Shown here one piece after another: positions 55,297 through 63,666 of a stretch of DNA of 64,000 nt (position 1 is the first letter of the stretch; the number at the start of each line of letters is the position of its first letter). The position numbers and the translations under genes are program-made. The stretch spans positions 320,559 to 384,558 of the forward strand of contig CADAXK010000004.1 in the NCBI GenBank assembly GCA_902791865.1, read 5' to 3'. The notes below the pieces were generated by a model, which saw only the letters and a program-made list of their open reading frames with translations, did no database searches and had not been told where the DNA came from. The stretch comes from an uncultured Bacteroidia bacterium (GTDB lineage: Bacteria; Bacteroidota; Bacteroidia; Bacteroidales; ML635J-15).

Positions 55297-57180
55297 ATGA
55301 TATTATTAAGGAGAACAATATTTATAATCATATTGTTGCTTTGTGGGTTATTCTGTAAAGCACAAGGGATAAAGAACCAGCTTAGGCAGCAGCAACAAAA
55401 GCAGCAAAACGAGCAGAGGCAGAGAGAAAACGAACTAAAGGAACAGGCACGCAAAAATAGGGCATTTTTGAATCTAAAGGATCTTGAAGCCATATTGGAG
55501 ATGTCGGATTTGGAAGACATTGATATTTTTCTAACAGAACACGAATGGGTATTAAAAACGACGGACATGTATGACAAATCATTTGATAAATTATCAAGAG
55601 TCACATGGGTGTTCAATCAAAATAAATGGGATGAAGAACTGGCAAGTGGATGGTTTTATTTTTATACTTACCCGGTGAATATGATTATTTATGGGATTGC
55701 GGAAGAACCACAAGTCGCAAAGATTAAATCCAGTCTAAGCAGTATGGGCTATAAAAGATACTATCCTACTGATGCTGTCGAAACTGGGATTGAAAGTGTA
55801 TTCAGAAACGATAAATATGAAATTTCTTTCGGAAAGAAAGCAAAAGATTATAATGATAAAGGTGCTGATATACAATATTATGTTGAAATATTTAATTATA
55901 AACAGAGAGATGCTATATTGGCAGAAGCAGAACGCATATTACGAGAAGCTGCGGAGTTGGAAGAAAAATATAAAGACGCTATTAACAGAGGGGAACAAGC
56001 TTATATTGCGAAAAATTATTCTGCAGCTAAACAGGCATATAACGAAGCTATTGCTTTAAAACCAGAAATGTATGAAGAACTTGAAGACAGTATTGCCCAG
56101 ATAGACATAAGTGCCATTTGTGATGAAGCCGAAATTCTATATGGCAATAAAGAATATATTTCGGCGAAAATGAAATACACCGAAGCATTGTGCATTACTC
56201 CAAACAATAAAAGCGAGTATATAAAGGATAAAATTAATGGTATAGAAAAACTTATTGAGTTTCTACAGAAAAGGGCTTATACATATTACGATTACAATAC
56301 AATTAATCCAAGCGATTACACAAACAAAAAAACATACTTGGAAAATGAATTAAACATAAGACTGCAAGCAAGTGACGAGAACTTGACACAGACACGCGTT
56401 AGAATCATATGCACTATCGACACACTGAACAATTGCACAACTGATTATAGTACGATGCCAGAAAACGAAACACTAAATCAGATTATTGAAGGCATTTTGA
56501 AAGGAATGAAGATTGACCCGTATATAATTAACGGTTACACAGCAATGGCTAAAGCGGAATTTTCATTTGTGGTAAAAAGAGAAAGATTCACAATAAAAGT
56601 AAAGAAAACTCCTTTTGAAATCGCGTCAAAAGACCAAAACTTTAGCCTTATTGAGAAATCTATCAGAGAGGAGCTTCACAATGCACCAATCGGAAGATAT
56701 ACTTTGGATATGAATATGACAAATATAAATGGAAAAACCATAGATGATAATAGGCTTATAAAAGCTCGTCCAATATATGGAGCATCAAACGCATGGTTAT
56801 CGCTTCTTGTGCCAGGACTTGGAGATCATAGGGTATCGTTTGGCAAGCGAAAGGGCATAGTAATAGGTTTAGCTACCTACACGATGATTGGAACGGGAAT
56901 CGGACTGAAAGTTTATTCTAACAAAGAATACAAGATGTACCATAATGCTACAGAGCAAGCACAAATGGACGCTCATTATAACATAGCAAATGCGGCTAAT
57001 AAACTTTTCTATACTTGCATATTTGCGGCTGGAGTAACTTGGATTTACGACATTATATGGGTCGCTTGTAAAGGAGCCGAGAATGCTAAAGAAACAAAGC
57101 AATATCGTAAATATCATTTGAGTGCATACTATAATAATGAATTTAATGCAAATGGAGTGTCTATTGTTCTAAATTTCTAA
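55297..57180 (+). CDS. Hypothetical membrane-anchored protein with Gln-rich coiled coil, TPR-like repeats and C-terminal TM pair
   Basis: N-terminal signal or anchor. QQQQKQQNEQRQRE segment. Repeats of the AKQAYNEAIALKP type. C-terminal LLVPGLGDHRV followed by hydrophobic helices. Confidence 0.55.
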   Translation: MILLRRTIFIIILLLCGLFCKAQGIKNQLRQQQQKQQNEQRQRENELKEQARKNRAFLNLKDLEAILEMSDLEDIDIFLTEHEWVLKTTDMYDKSFDKLSRVTWVFNQNKWDEELASGWFYFYTYPVNMIIYGIAEEPQVAKIKSSLSSMGYKRYYPTDAVETGIESVFRNDKYEISFGKKAKDYNDKGADIQYYVEIFNYKQRDAILAEAERILREAAELEEKYKDAINRGEQAYIAKNYSAAKQAYNEAIALKPEMYEELEDSIAQIDISAICDEAEILYGNKEYISAKMKYTEALCITPNNKSEYIKDKINGIEKLIEFLQKRAYTYYDYNTINPSDYTNKKTYLENELNIRLQASDENLTQTRVRIICTIDTLNNCTTDYSTMPENETLNQIIEGILKGMKIDPYIINGYTAMAKAEFSFVVKRERFTIKVKKTPFEIASKDQNFSLIEKSIREELHNAPIGRYTLDMNMTNINGKTIDDNRLIKARPIYGASNAWLSLLVPGLGDHRVSFGKRKGIVIGLATYTMIGTGIGLKVYSNKEYKMYHNATEQAQMDAHYNIANAANKLFYTCIFAAGVTWIYDIIWVACKGAENAKETKQYRKYHLSAYYNNEFNANGVSIVLNF

Positions 57181-57184
57181 GGCT

Positions 57185-58052
57185 ATGACTAAATATTTCA
57201 TATTCATAACAATCATGCTTTTATCATTAACTGCATGTGAGAAATTCGATTTTATGAATCTAAAGAGAGATAATCCCCTTGATGAAAAGAACGATGCAAA
57301 TAAAAAGGGTGGAGTCTATTTGGTATTTAATGATGTATATGTCTATTCAGATAACAATGGAGATAAGATTATAAACAAAGGGGAAACTGTAAAATTGAAT
57401 GTAGCGTTAAAAAACAACGGTATAAGTGATGCTAAAGGCGTAAAGGTTAAATTTTCTACAACAAGTCAATATCTGTCAGGCTTCAGTCCGACAAACCAAA
57501 CAGATTACGGAGTCATATCGGCAGAATCAATAAAATGGTATAATTACTCACAGTATTCCGACTGGGTTATTCAGTTTACTGTATCTAATACAACTCCAGA
57601 CAATACACAGATTCCGATAAACATCGATAAACATTGCCATTGAAGACGATAATGGTAATGCATGGACAAGTAGTTTCAATGTAACAGTCTCCGCAACAGG
57701 AGCGAATATTGCCTATGACAATTTCCATGTCTATTCAGATAACAATGGAGACAAGATTATAAACAAGGGGGAAACGGTAAAGTTGAATGTGTCGTTAAGA
57801 AATAATGGAACAAGCACCGCAAAAGGCGTAAAGGCAACATTTTCTACAACAAGTCAATATCTGTCAAGAGATTACGGAGATATATCGGTAGGATCAATAA
57901 AATGGTATAATTACTCACAGTATTCCGACTGGGTTATTCAGTTTACTGTATCTAATACAACTCCAGACAATACACAGATTCCGATAAATATTTCAATTGT
58001 AGATGAATGTAATAATACATGGAATAGCTGTTTCAATATTGTAGTACATTAA
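57185..58052 (+). pseudogene. Frameshifted lipoprotein gene with two tandem CARDB-like ~126-aa repeats
   Basis: ORFs 57185..57643 and 57783..58052 are the two halves of one gene. A perfect 10-nt tandem duplication cgataaacat|cgataaacat (57615-57634) shifts the frame by +1. Removing one copy restores a continuous frame into the second repeat. Confidence 0.65.
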
Positions 58053-58144
58053 TTTAATACATTAAATACAGTTATTATGATTACAATTGCACAAGCAGAA
58101 AGCATCATCAATGCATTGCAGGATGAATTTGATTCTTATGTCAT

Positions 58145-58191
58145 GTCGGATTTACAGCCTAGGCAGTGAGCTAAAGATTACAAATCCAGAC
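58145..58191 (+). repeat. REP/MITE-like element, copy D (short chimeric single-hairpin form with nested insert)
   Basis: gtcggattt-ac[agcctaggcagtgagctaaag]attac-aaatccagac. It joins the 5' arm of hairpin 1 to the 3' arm of hairpin 3. Confidence 0.7.
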
Positions 58192-58263
58192 AACATCGAC
58201 AACATCCATTTGTTCTCCAAAACAATCATAGTCGGAATCGTGAAAAAATATTGAGATTCTTAT

Positions 58264-58377
58264 GTCGTGTCGGATTTATGTCGTGCCGGATTTATAATCC
58301 GACACGATTGAATATCAGCATTTGCAATGCGGATTATAAATCCTTATATTCATATAGTCTGGATTACAAATCCAGAC
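58264..58377 (+). repeat. Three-hairpin REP/MITE-like element, copy E
   Basis: gtcgtgtcggattta..ccggatttataatccgacac gattgaatatcagcatttgcaatgcggattataaatccttatattcat atagtctggattacaaatccagac. Confidence 0.85.
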
Positions 58378-58490
58378 AACATTGTGACAACATTAATTTG
58401 TTCTTCTAAACGATGATAGTCGGAATCGCGAAAAAAAAAGTGCGATTCCGACTATGATGGTTTAATGGCAAAATATACTTGTCCATATTT

Positions 58491-58611
58491 TTTACCTATG
58501 TTTTGAAACAATATTCTCCACATTTTACCTATGTTTTGAAACAAAAATATCAACATTTTACCTATGTTTTGAAACAAAAATATCAACATTTTACCTATGT
58601 TTTGAAACAAA
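58491..58611 (+). repeat. Four phased 22-nt direct repeats TTTTACCTATGTTTTGAAACAA (33-nt period) upstream of ATPase 3
   Basis: Exact copies start at 58491, 58524, 58557 and 58590. The spacers are 11 nt. Confidence 0.9.
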
Positions 58612-58616
58612 TTATT

Positions 58617-58624
58617 ATCTTTGC
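58617..58624 (+). promoter_or_regulatory. -7 promoter box TATCTTTG for ATPase 3
   Basis: TAnnTTTG match 26 nt upstream of the ATG at 58650. Confidence 0.5.
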
Positions 58625-58649
58625 GGCGTGATTTAAAATTGATGTTCAG

Positions 58650-59987
58650 ATGTTTAGACGAAAGATAACAGAATCTCTGGAAAAATGGGCAAACAAAGAA
58701 GACCGCAAGCCCCTTGTGCTAAGAGGTGCTCGACAGGTTGGAAAGACCACTGCCGTAAACGAATTCGGCAAACAGTTCGACAACTACCTATATGTAAATA
58801 TGGAGCGCGATGCCAACCTAAAGCTATTCGAGGAGACAGATGATGTGCATGCGCTGCTCGAAATGTTATTTCTGAGTTGCAATGTAAAAAAGAAAAACGG
58901 ACGGACTCTGCTGTTTATCGACGAGATACAAAATTCGCCAAAGGCAGTTGCCAAACTGCGCTATTTCTACGAGGACAGCCCCGAGATATTCGTCATAGCC
59001 GCAGGCTCGCTGCTGGAGACAATGCTCGACAGACACATATCGTTTCCTGTAGGCAGGGTGGAGTATATGGCAATGCATCCTTGCTCGTTTCACGAATACT
59101 TGTGGGCAATAGGCGAAGAACGCTTTGCCGACCCAATAATGGACGCATCGCTGCCTTCGGCATTCCACGACACCATGAACGGACTTTTCAATACATACGC
59201 ACTTATAGGCGGAATGCCAGAAGTAGTAAAGACATACGCAGCAAAAAGAGATGTGTTGTCGCTGTCGGAAAAATACAGCCAGCTAATAACTTCGTACAAG
59301 GACGATGTAGAAAAGTACGCACAGCGCTCGTCGCAGATAAATGTGATAAGATACATACTCGAAAATGGCTGGGCATTCGCAGGAGAGGCAATAACTCTCG
59401 GAAACTTTGCCGAATCTTCGTACAAGGCACGCGAAACTGGTGATGCTTTCAGAACCATGGAGAAAGCTATGTTGCTAGAACTTGTTTATCCGATAACCAA
59501 TGAAAATATTCCTATAGTTCCAGATTTAAAAAGGTCGCCAAAACTTATATGGCTCGACATAGGACTGGTAAACTATGCATCGCACATACAAAAGGAATAC
59601 CTGTATAGCAACGACCTTCTGGACACATGGAAAGGAAAGTCGGCGGAACAAGTTGCCGCACAGGAACTTGCAACGCTTACCGATGATTTCGGACAGAAAC
59701 GCAACTTCTGGGTAAGAGCTCAGAAAGGCGCAACTTCGGAAATAGATTTGGTATATCCATACGAGAACAACATAATACCGATAGAAATAAAAAGCGGACA
59801 CAATGCACATCTAAAATCGTTGCACCAATATATGATAAAGGCGCAGCATCGACTTGCAATAAGGATATGGTCGGGCAAATTTTCTGTCGATACCGTAAAC
59901 GATGCCAGTGGCAAACCTTTCAAATTGGTGAACATGCCATTCTATTTTATGTCGGCACTCCCGAAGATAGTAGAGCGGGAAATATAA
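58650..59987 (+). CDS. AAA+ ATPase with C-terminal DUF4143-type domain (paralog 3)
   Basis: Walker A GARQVGKT and Walker B LLFIDEIQ. 445 aa. Confidence 0.85.
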   Translation: MFRRKITESLEKWANKEDRKPLVLRGARQVGKTTAVNEFGKQFDNYLYVNMERDANLKLFEETDDVHALLEMLFLSCNVKKKNGRTLLFIDEIQNSPKAVAKLRYFYEDSPEIFVIAAGSLLETMLDRHISFPVGRVEYMAMHPCSFHEYLWAIGEERFADPIMDASLPSAFHDTMNGLFNTYALIGGMPEVVKTYAAKRDVLSLSEKYSQLITSYKDDVEKYAQRSSQINVIRYILENGWAFAGEAITLGNFAESSYKARETGDAFRTMEKAMLLELVYPITNENIPIVPDLKRSPKLIWLDIGLVNYASHIQKEYLYSNDLLDTWKGKSAEQVAAQELATLTDDFGQKRNFWVRAQKGATSEIDLVYPYENNIIPIEIKSGHNAHLKSLHQYMIKAQHRLAIRIWSGKFSVDTVNDASGKPFKLVNMPFYFMSALPKIVEREI

Positions 59988-60021
59988 TTCTTTTTTGCAC
60001 TCATCGTATCTTATAACACAT

Positions 60022-60119
60022 GTCGTGTCGGATTACAAATCCGACACGGTTGAATATCAGCATTTGCAATGCGGATTTAAAATCCTTATATTCGAATCGT
60101 CTGGATTGCAAATCCAGAC
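60022..60119 (+). repeat. Three-hairpin REP/MITE-like element, copy F (minimal full form)
   Basis: gtcgtgtcggattacaaatccgacacg gttgaatatcagcatttgcaatgcggatttaaaatccttatattcg aatcgtctggattgcaaatccagac. Confidence 0.85.
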
Positions 60120-60283
60120 AACATCGCAGACAACATCGCATTGTCCCAAAACTTAACACATAGTAAACCAACTCGACATAGTGTAATTATTTATAAATCA
60201 ACAATAAAGCAACGCTGCAACAATCATCCATATTCCCCACAGAAAAAAAACACCAATATTGAATTTCCTATCGAAAAAAGTTG

Positions 60284-60291
60284 TATCTTTG
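60284..60291 (+). promoter_or_regulatory. -7 promoter box TATCTTTG for tRNA-Leu
   Basis: TAnnTTTG match ending 11 nt before the tRNA 5' end. Confidence 0.55.
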
Positions 60292-60302
60292 CACCGCAAT
60301 TC

Positions 60303-60384
60303 GCGGATGTGGCGTAATTGGTAGCCGCGCTAGACTTAGGATCTAGTGCCGAAAGGCGTGGGGGTTCGAGTCCCTTCATCCGTA
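60303..60384 (+). tRNA. tRNA-Leu (anticodon TAG), class II with long variable arm
   Basis: Hand fold. Acceptor GCGGATG/CATCCGT (G1-U72 wobble), anticodon stem CTAGA/TCTAG with loop CTTAGGA, variable arm GCC-gaaa-GGC, T arm GGGGG-TTCGAGT-CCCTT. Confidence 0.8.
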
Positions 60385-60390
60385 CAACCG

Positions 60391-60419
60391 ACCGCATGAC
60401 ATTTTAAGTGCGGTTTTTT
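60391..60419 (+). terminator. Intrinsic terminator after tRNA-Leu
   Basis: ACCGCA ... TGCGGT stem followed by T5. Confidence 0.6.
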
Positions 60420-60466
60420 AGATTATATGATTTTGTAATTTAGTAATTTTTCAAAAAAACGACCTA

Positions 60467-61813
60467 ATGGAAGTTGTAAAAAACCAAATTGACGATTTAA
60501 ATCTTACACTGAATATCAGCGTAAGCAGAGAAGACATTGAAGAAAGCGTAGAAAAGACCTTGAAAGCTTACCGCCAGAAGGCAGAAATAAAAGGTTTCAG
60601 AAAAGGTAACGCCCCTATGGGACTGATTAGAAAAATGTACGCTCAGGCTGTATTGGCTGACGAACTCAACAAGTCCGTAGGAAAGGCTCTCAGCGATTAC
60701 ATTGAAAACGAAAAGCTTAACATCCTCGGCGAACCTCTACCAAACGAAGGCACAAAGACCATCGACCTTGCAAAGGACGAAAAGTTTGAATTTGCATTCG
60801 ACCTCGGTATTGCTCCCGAATTTGAAATCAAGCTCTCGAAGAGAGATAAGCTCAACAAGTACATCGTAAAGGCTGAAGAAAAGGACATCGAAAAATACAT
60901 CGAAGGATACAGAAGCCAGTACGGAAAATACGAGGATGTTGAAAAGGCAACCGAAAAGTCGCTCCTGACAGGAAGCCTTACACAAATTGGCGAAGACGGT
61001 TCAGAAATTGAAGGTGGAATAAAGAACGAGGAAGCAAACCTCGCAATCGAATTCATCAAAGATAAGAAGATAAAGAAACAATTCATCGGCTCGACCGTTG
61101 ACACAATCATCGACTTCGACATCAAGAAGGCATTCGAGGAAGAAGCTAAGATTGCTGTTATGCTGAAGACCAAGAAGGAAGAAGTTGCCAATATGACACC
61201 TAACTTCCGTCTCGTAGTCAAGACCGTAAAGGAATACAAGCAGGCAGAAATCAATCAGGAATTGTTCGACAAGTGCTTCGGCAAGGACACAGTAAAGAAC
61301 GAAGATGAATTTAAGACTCGCATCGCTGAAGACATCGCAGCTTCATTCAAGCGCGAAAGCAAGTACAAGATGATGCTCGACCTTAAGGAAAAGCTCACCA
61401 AGAAACTAGACCTCAAGCTTCCGGAAGAATTCTTGAAACGCTGGGTTAAGGTTACCAACGAAAAGCTCACACAGGAAGAAATCGACAACGAATTCCCGAA
61501 ATTCCTCGACGACCTCCGCTGGACTCTCATCAAGACCAAGGTTGCTAAGGACAACGACATAAAGGTTGAGAAGGAAGAACTCGAAAAGGCAGCAAAGGAC
61601 ATGGTTCTAATGCAGTTCGCTCAGTACGGAATGTCATATATTCCTGACGAATATGCCGACAAGTACGCAAAGGAACTCCTCCAGAAGGAAGACGAAGTTC
61701 GTCGCATCTACGAACACGAACTCGAAGACAAGGTTGTTGACTTCCTCGCTGAACAAGTAAAGCTCGAAGACAACGAAATTTCAGTTGACGAATTCATGAA
61801 ATTGTTCAAGTAA
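60467..61813 (+). CDS. tig: Trigger factor
   Basis: 448 aa. N-terminal ribosome-binding region with GFRKGNAPMGLIRKMY. Acidic, Lys/Glu-rich multi-domain layout. Confidence 0.85.
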   Translation: MEVVKNQIDDLNLTLNISVSREDIEESVEKTLKAYRQKAEIKGFRKGNAPMGLIRKMYAQAVLADELNKSVGKALSDYIENEKLNILGEPLPNEGTKTIDLAKDEKFEFAFDLGIAPEFEIKLSKRDKLNKYIVKAEEKDIEKYIEGYRSQYGKYEDVEKATEKSLLTGSLTQIGEDGSEIEGGIKNEEANLAIEFIKDKKIKKQFIGSTVDTIIDFDIKKAFEEEAKIAVMLKTKKEEVANMTPNFRLVVKTVKEYKQAEINQELFDKCFGKDTVKNEDEFKTRIAEDIAASFKRESKYKMMLDLKEKLTKKLDLKLPEEFLKRWVKVTNEKLTQEEIDNEFPKFLDDLRWTLIKTKVAKDNDIKVEKEELEKAAKDMVLMQFAQYGMSYIPDEYADKYAKELLQKEDEVRRIYEHELEDKVVDFLAEQVKLEDNEISVDEFMKLFK

Positions 61814-61832
61814 ACATTAGTTTATGCCAAAT

Positions 61833-61862
61833 AAAAAAGGTCTCGATTGAGACCTTTTTTTT
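61833..61862. terminator. Bidirectional intrinsic terminator between tig and the convergent peptidase gene
   Basis: AAAAAAGGTCTC-gatt-GAGACCTTTTTT. Confidence 0.8.
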
Positions 61863-61866
61863 ATTT

Positions 61867-63552
61867 CTACATCTTCAGGAATTTTGACCGAAAGACTTTT
61901 CCATCATCAGAAACAAATTTCAAAATATATTGCCCACGTTGCAACATCGACACGTCAACAAAGCCGATAACGTTTTCATTCGACACCAGCAATCTGCCTG
62001 AAACATCATAAATCTCAATGTTTGAAAAATGCTCGTTGCTACCTATGTACAATTTGTCGGCAACAGGATTGGGATACAGAGAAAATTGCAATGATTCCTC
62101 TTCTACCATCTCCGGATCGTAACCTTGAACTAGTTGAACATCAAGATTTTGAATAGCATCATCGGAAATATCAACCGATATGGTCTTATGTATATAACCA
62201 TCGGCATAAAATGAAACATTATAGTGTCCTGCCTTCAAAAAACGGTAATATTCGCCTGAAGGAAGGAAAGAATACACATGAGAATTGAAATAGTCGTGAC
62301 CATTAATGAAGACTTTTGCTTTCAATGGCTCGCCACTGACAGAATCGGTAACAAAACCACGAAGCCCCAATGTCGCGCGCTTCATATATGCCAGCATAGG
62401 CGGAATGTTGCGAGATGTGTAACTATCAAGCAAGTCATTAGCCAATCTTTTTTCGATGCTAAGCTCCAAAGTAACCTCGCGGCAATGTTTGAAATAATTC
62501 ATATAGTCCTGACGACTACCAGTAATCGTGTACCAAGCAAAACCATTGATGTAACCACTCGGAAAATCAGAAGTCATATACGACTCGCCGCCATACTGCC
62601 GCGCCAATGCAACATATTCAGCAGATACCATTTCCCACCAGGCATTGTCGGCAGGAAGCGAAGGGTCGGTGTCGAACGGATAGTTAACGACCTCGGCTCC
62701 GCTGTGCAGATTTGCAGACATCACAAAATGATGGCTGTCAGCATATTGCATAAATGCTTCCGTTTCAAATGCATAATCACTTTCATCAGGGTGCTCACCG
62801 GCAATGGCATCGGGGAAGTTGCGATTCATGTCGATTAAATGATTCAAACCATAACCATTACGCGTATATCTAATTGAAAAATTAACAGAATCGGGTCCTG
62901 CAATATAGGTTCCTTCGGGATTCGACAGCGGATTTATGAATATTTCCATATTGTCAACCAGATTTGTAACTTCCGGATTAGTTCCGTACTCGCGCAACAA
63001 CTTGTCAATAAGCCTCAGGCAAACCATTCCGCCAATAAGTTCGTCACCATGCATTTGCCCGCCAAGGAAAAATTCGGGTTCAGTTTCGTCGCTGTTTACA
63101 TTGTCGGAAATCTTTACAGCGAGCAACTTGTAATTCGAAAAAGTACTTCCAATAGTATCCAACTTGCATATTTCTGGATAAGTTTCTGCAAAATACTGCA
63201 TCATTTCACAGTAAATGCTATATGTCGGATATACATTCCATGCGAACATATCGTTTAACGACCCCGCCATTTGCAAACCGTCTTTTGCTTCGTAGTACTC
63301 GCGCACAGGCTCACAAGAAATTCCAAACTTGCGGAACTCGGCAAACTCGCGTTTATTGGCGTACGCATAGCAGTAACCATTGCGGTAACCATCTATGGAA
63401 ACCACACGTGAAAATTCATTGAGCCGCTGCTGTTCAACGGGAAACCTAAAATACAATTCTCCCCTACTGTCAAGTATTTCCTTAGGTGAGAATTGAGCCG
63501 CTACCGTCAATGACAGCAAAAGCATAACAAGTATAAAGTATAATCTTTTCAT
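61867..63552 (-). CDS. M14 zinc carboxypeptidase with T9SS C-terminal sorting domain
   Basis: Signal peptide. GGQMHGDELIG (HxxE zinc motif). C-terminal LYPNPVADKLYI...IEIYDVSGRLL...GQYILKF, typical of T9SS type A CTDs. Confidence 0.8.
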   Translation of the reverse strand: MKRLYFILVMLLLSLTVAAQFSPKEILDSRGELYFRFPVEQQRLNEFSRVVSIDGYRNGYCYAYANKREFAEFRKFGISCEPVREYYEAKDGLQMAGSLNDMFAWNVYPTYSIYCEMMQYFAETYPEICKLDTIGSTFSNYKLLAVKISDNVNSDETEPEFFLGGQMHGDELIGGMVCLRLIDKLLREYGTNPEVTNLVDNMEIFINPLSNPEGTYIAGPDSVNFSIRYTRNGYGLNHLIDMNRNFPDAIAGEHPDESDYAFETEAFMQYADSHHFVMSANLHSGAEVVNYPFDTDPSLPADNAWWEMVSAEYVALARQYGGESYMTSDFPSGYINGFAWYTITGSRQDYMNYFKHCREVTLELSIEKRLANDLLDSYTSRNIPPMLAYMKRATLGLRGFVTDSVSGEPLKAKVFINGHDYFNSHVYSFLPSGEYYRFLKAGHYNVSFYADGYIHKTISVDISDDAIQNLDVQLVQGYDPEMVEEESLQFSLYPNPVADKLYIGSNEHFSNIEIYDVSGRLLVSNENVIGFVDVSMLQRGQYILKFVSDDGKVFRSKFLKM

Positions 63553-63666
63553 TTGACAACTTTTTGTTGTGCAAACTTACAAAAAAAGTCAAAAATAAGT
63601 CTACCCTGGAACATAAAAAAAGGGAAAGCCGAAACCTTCCCTTTCCGTTGTATGAAAAATAATTCC

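Noticed and set aside
58491-58611. Possible mini-CRISPR array: 22-nt repeats at a regular 33-nt period.
   Set aside because: The spacers are only 11 nt, and two of the three are identical (aaaatatcaacat-type). No cas genes are present, and the array abuts a promoter. I treat it as a tandem or iteron-like repeat.
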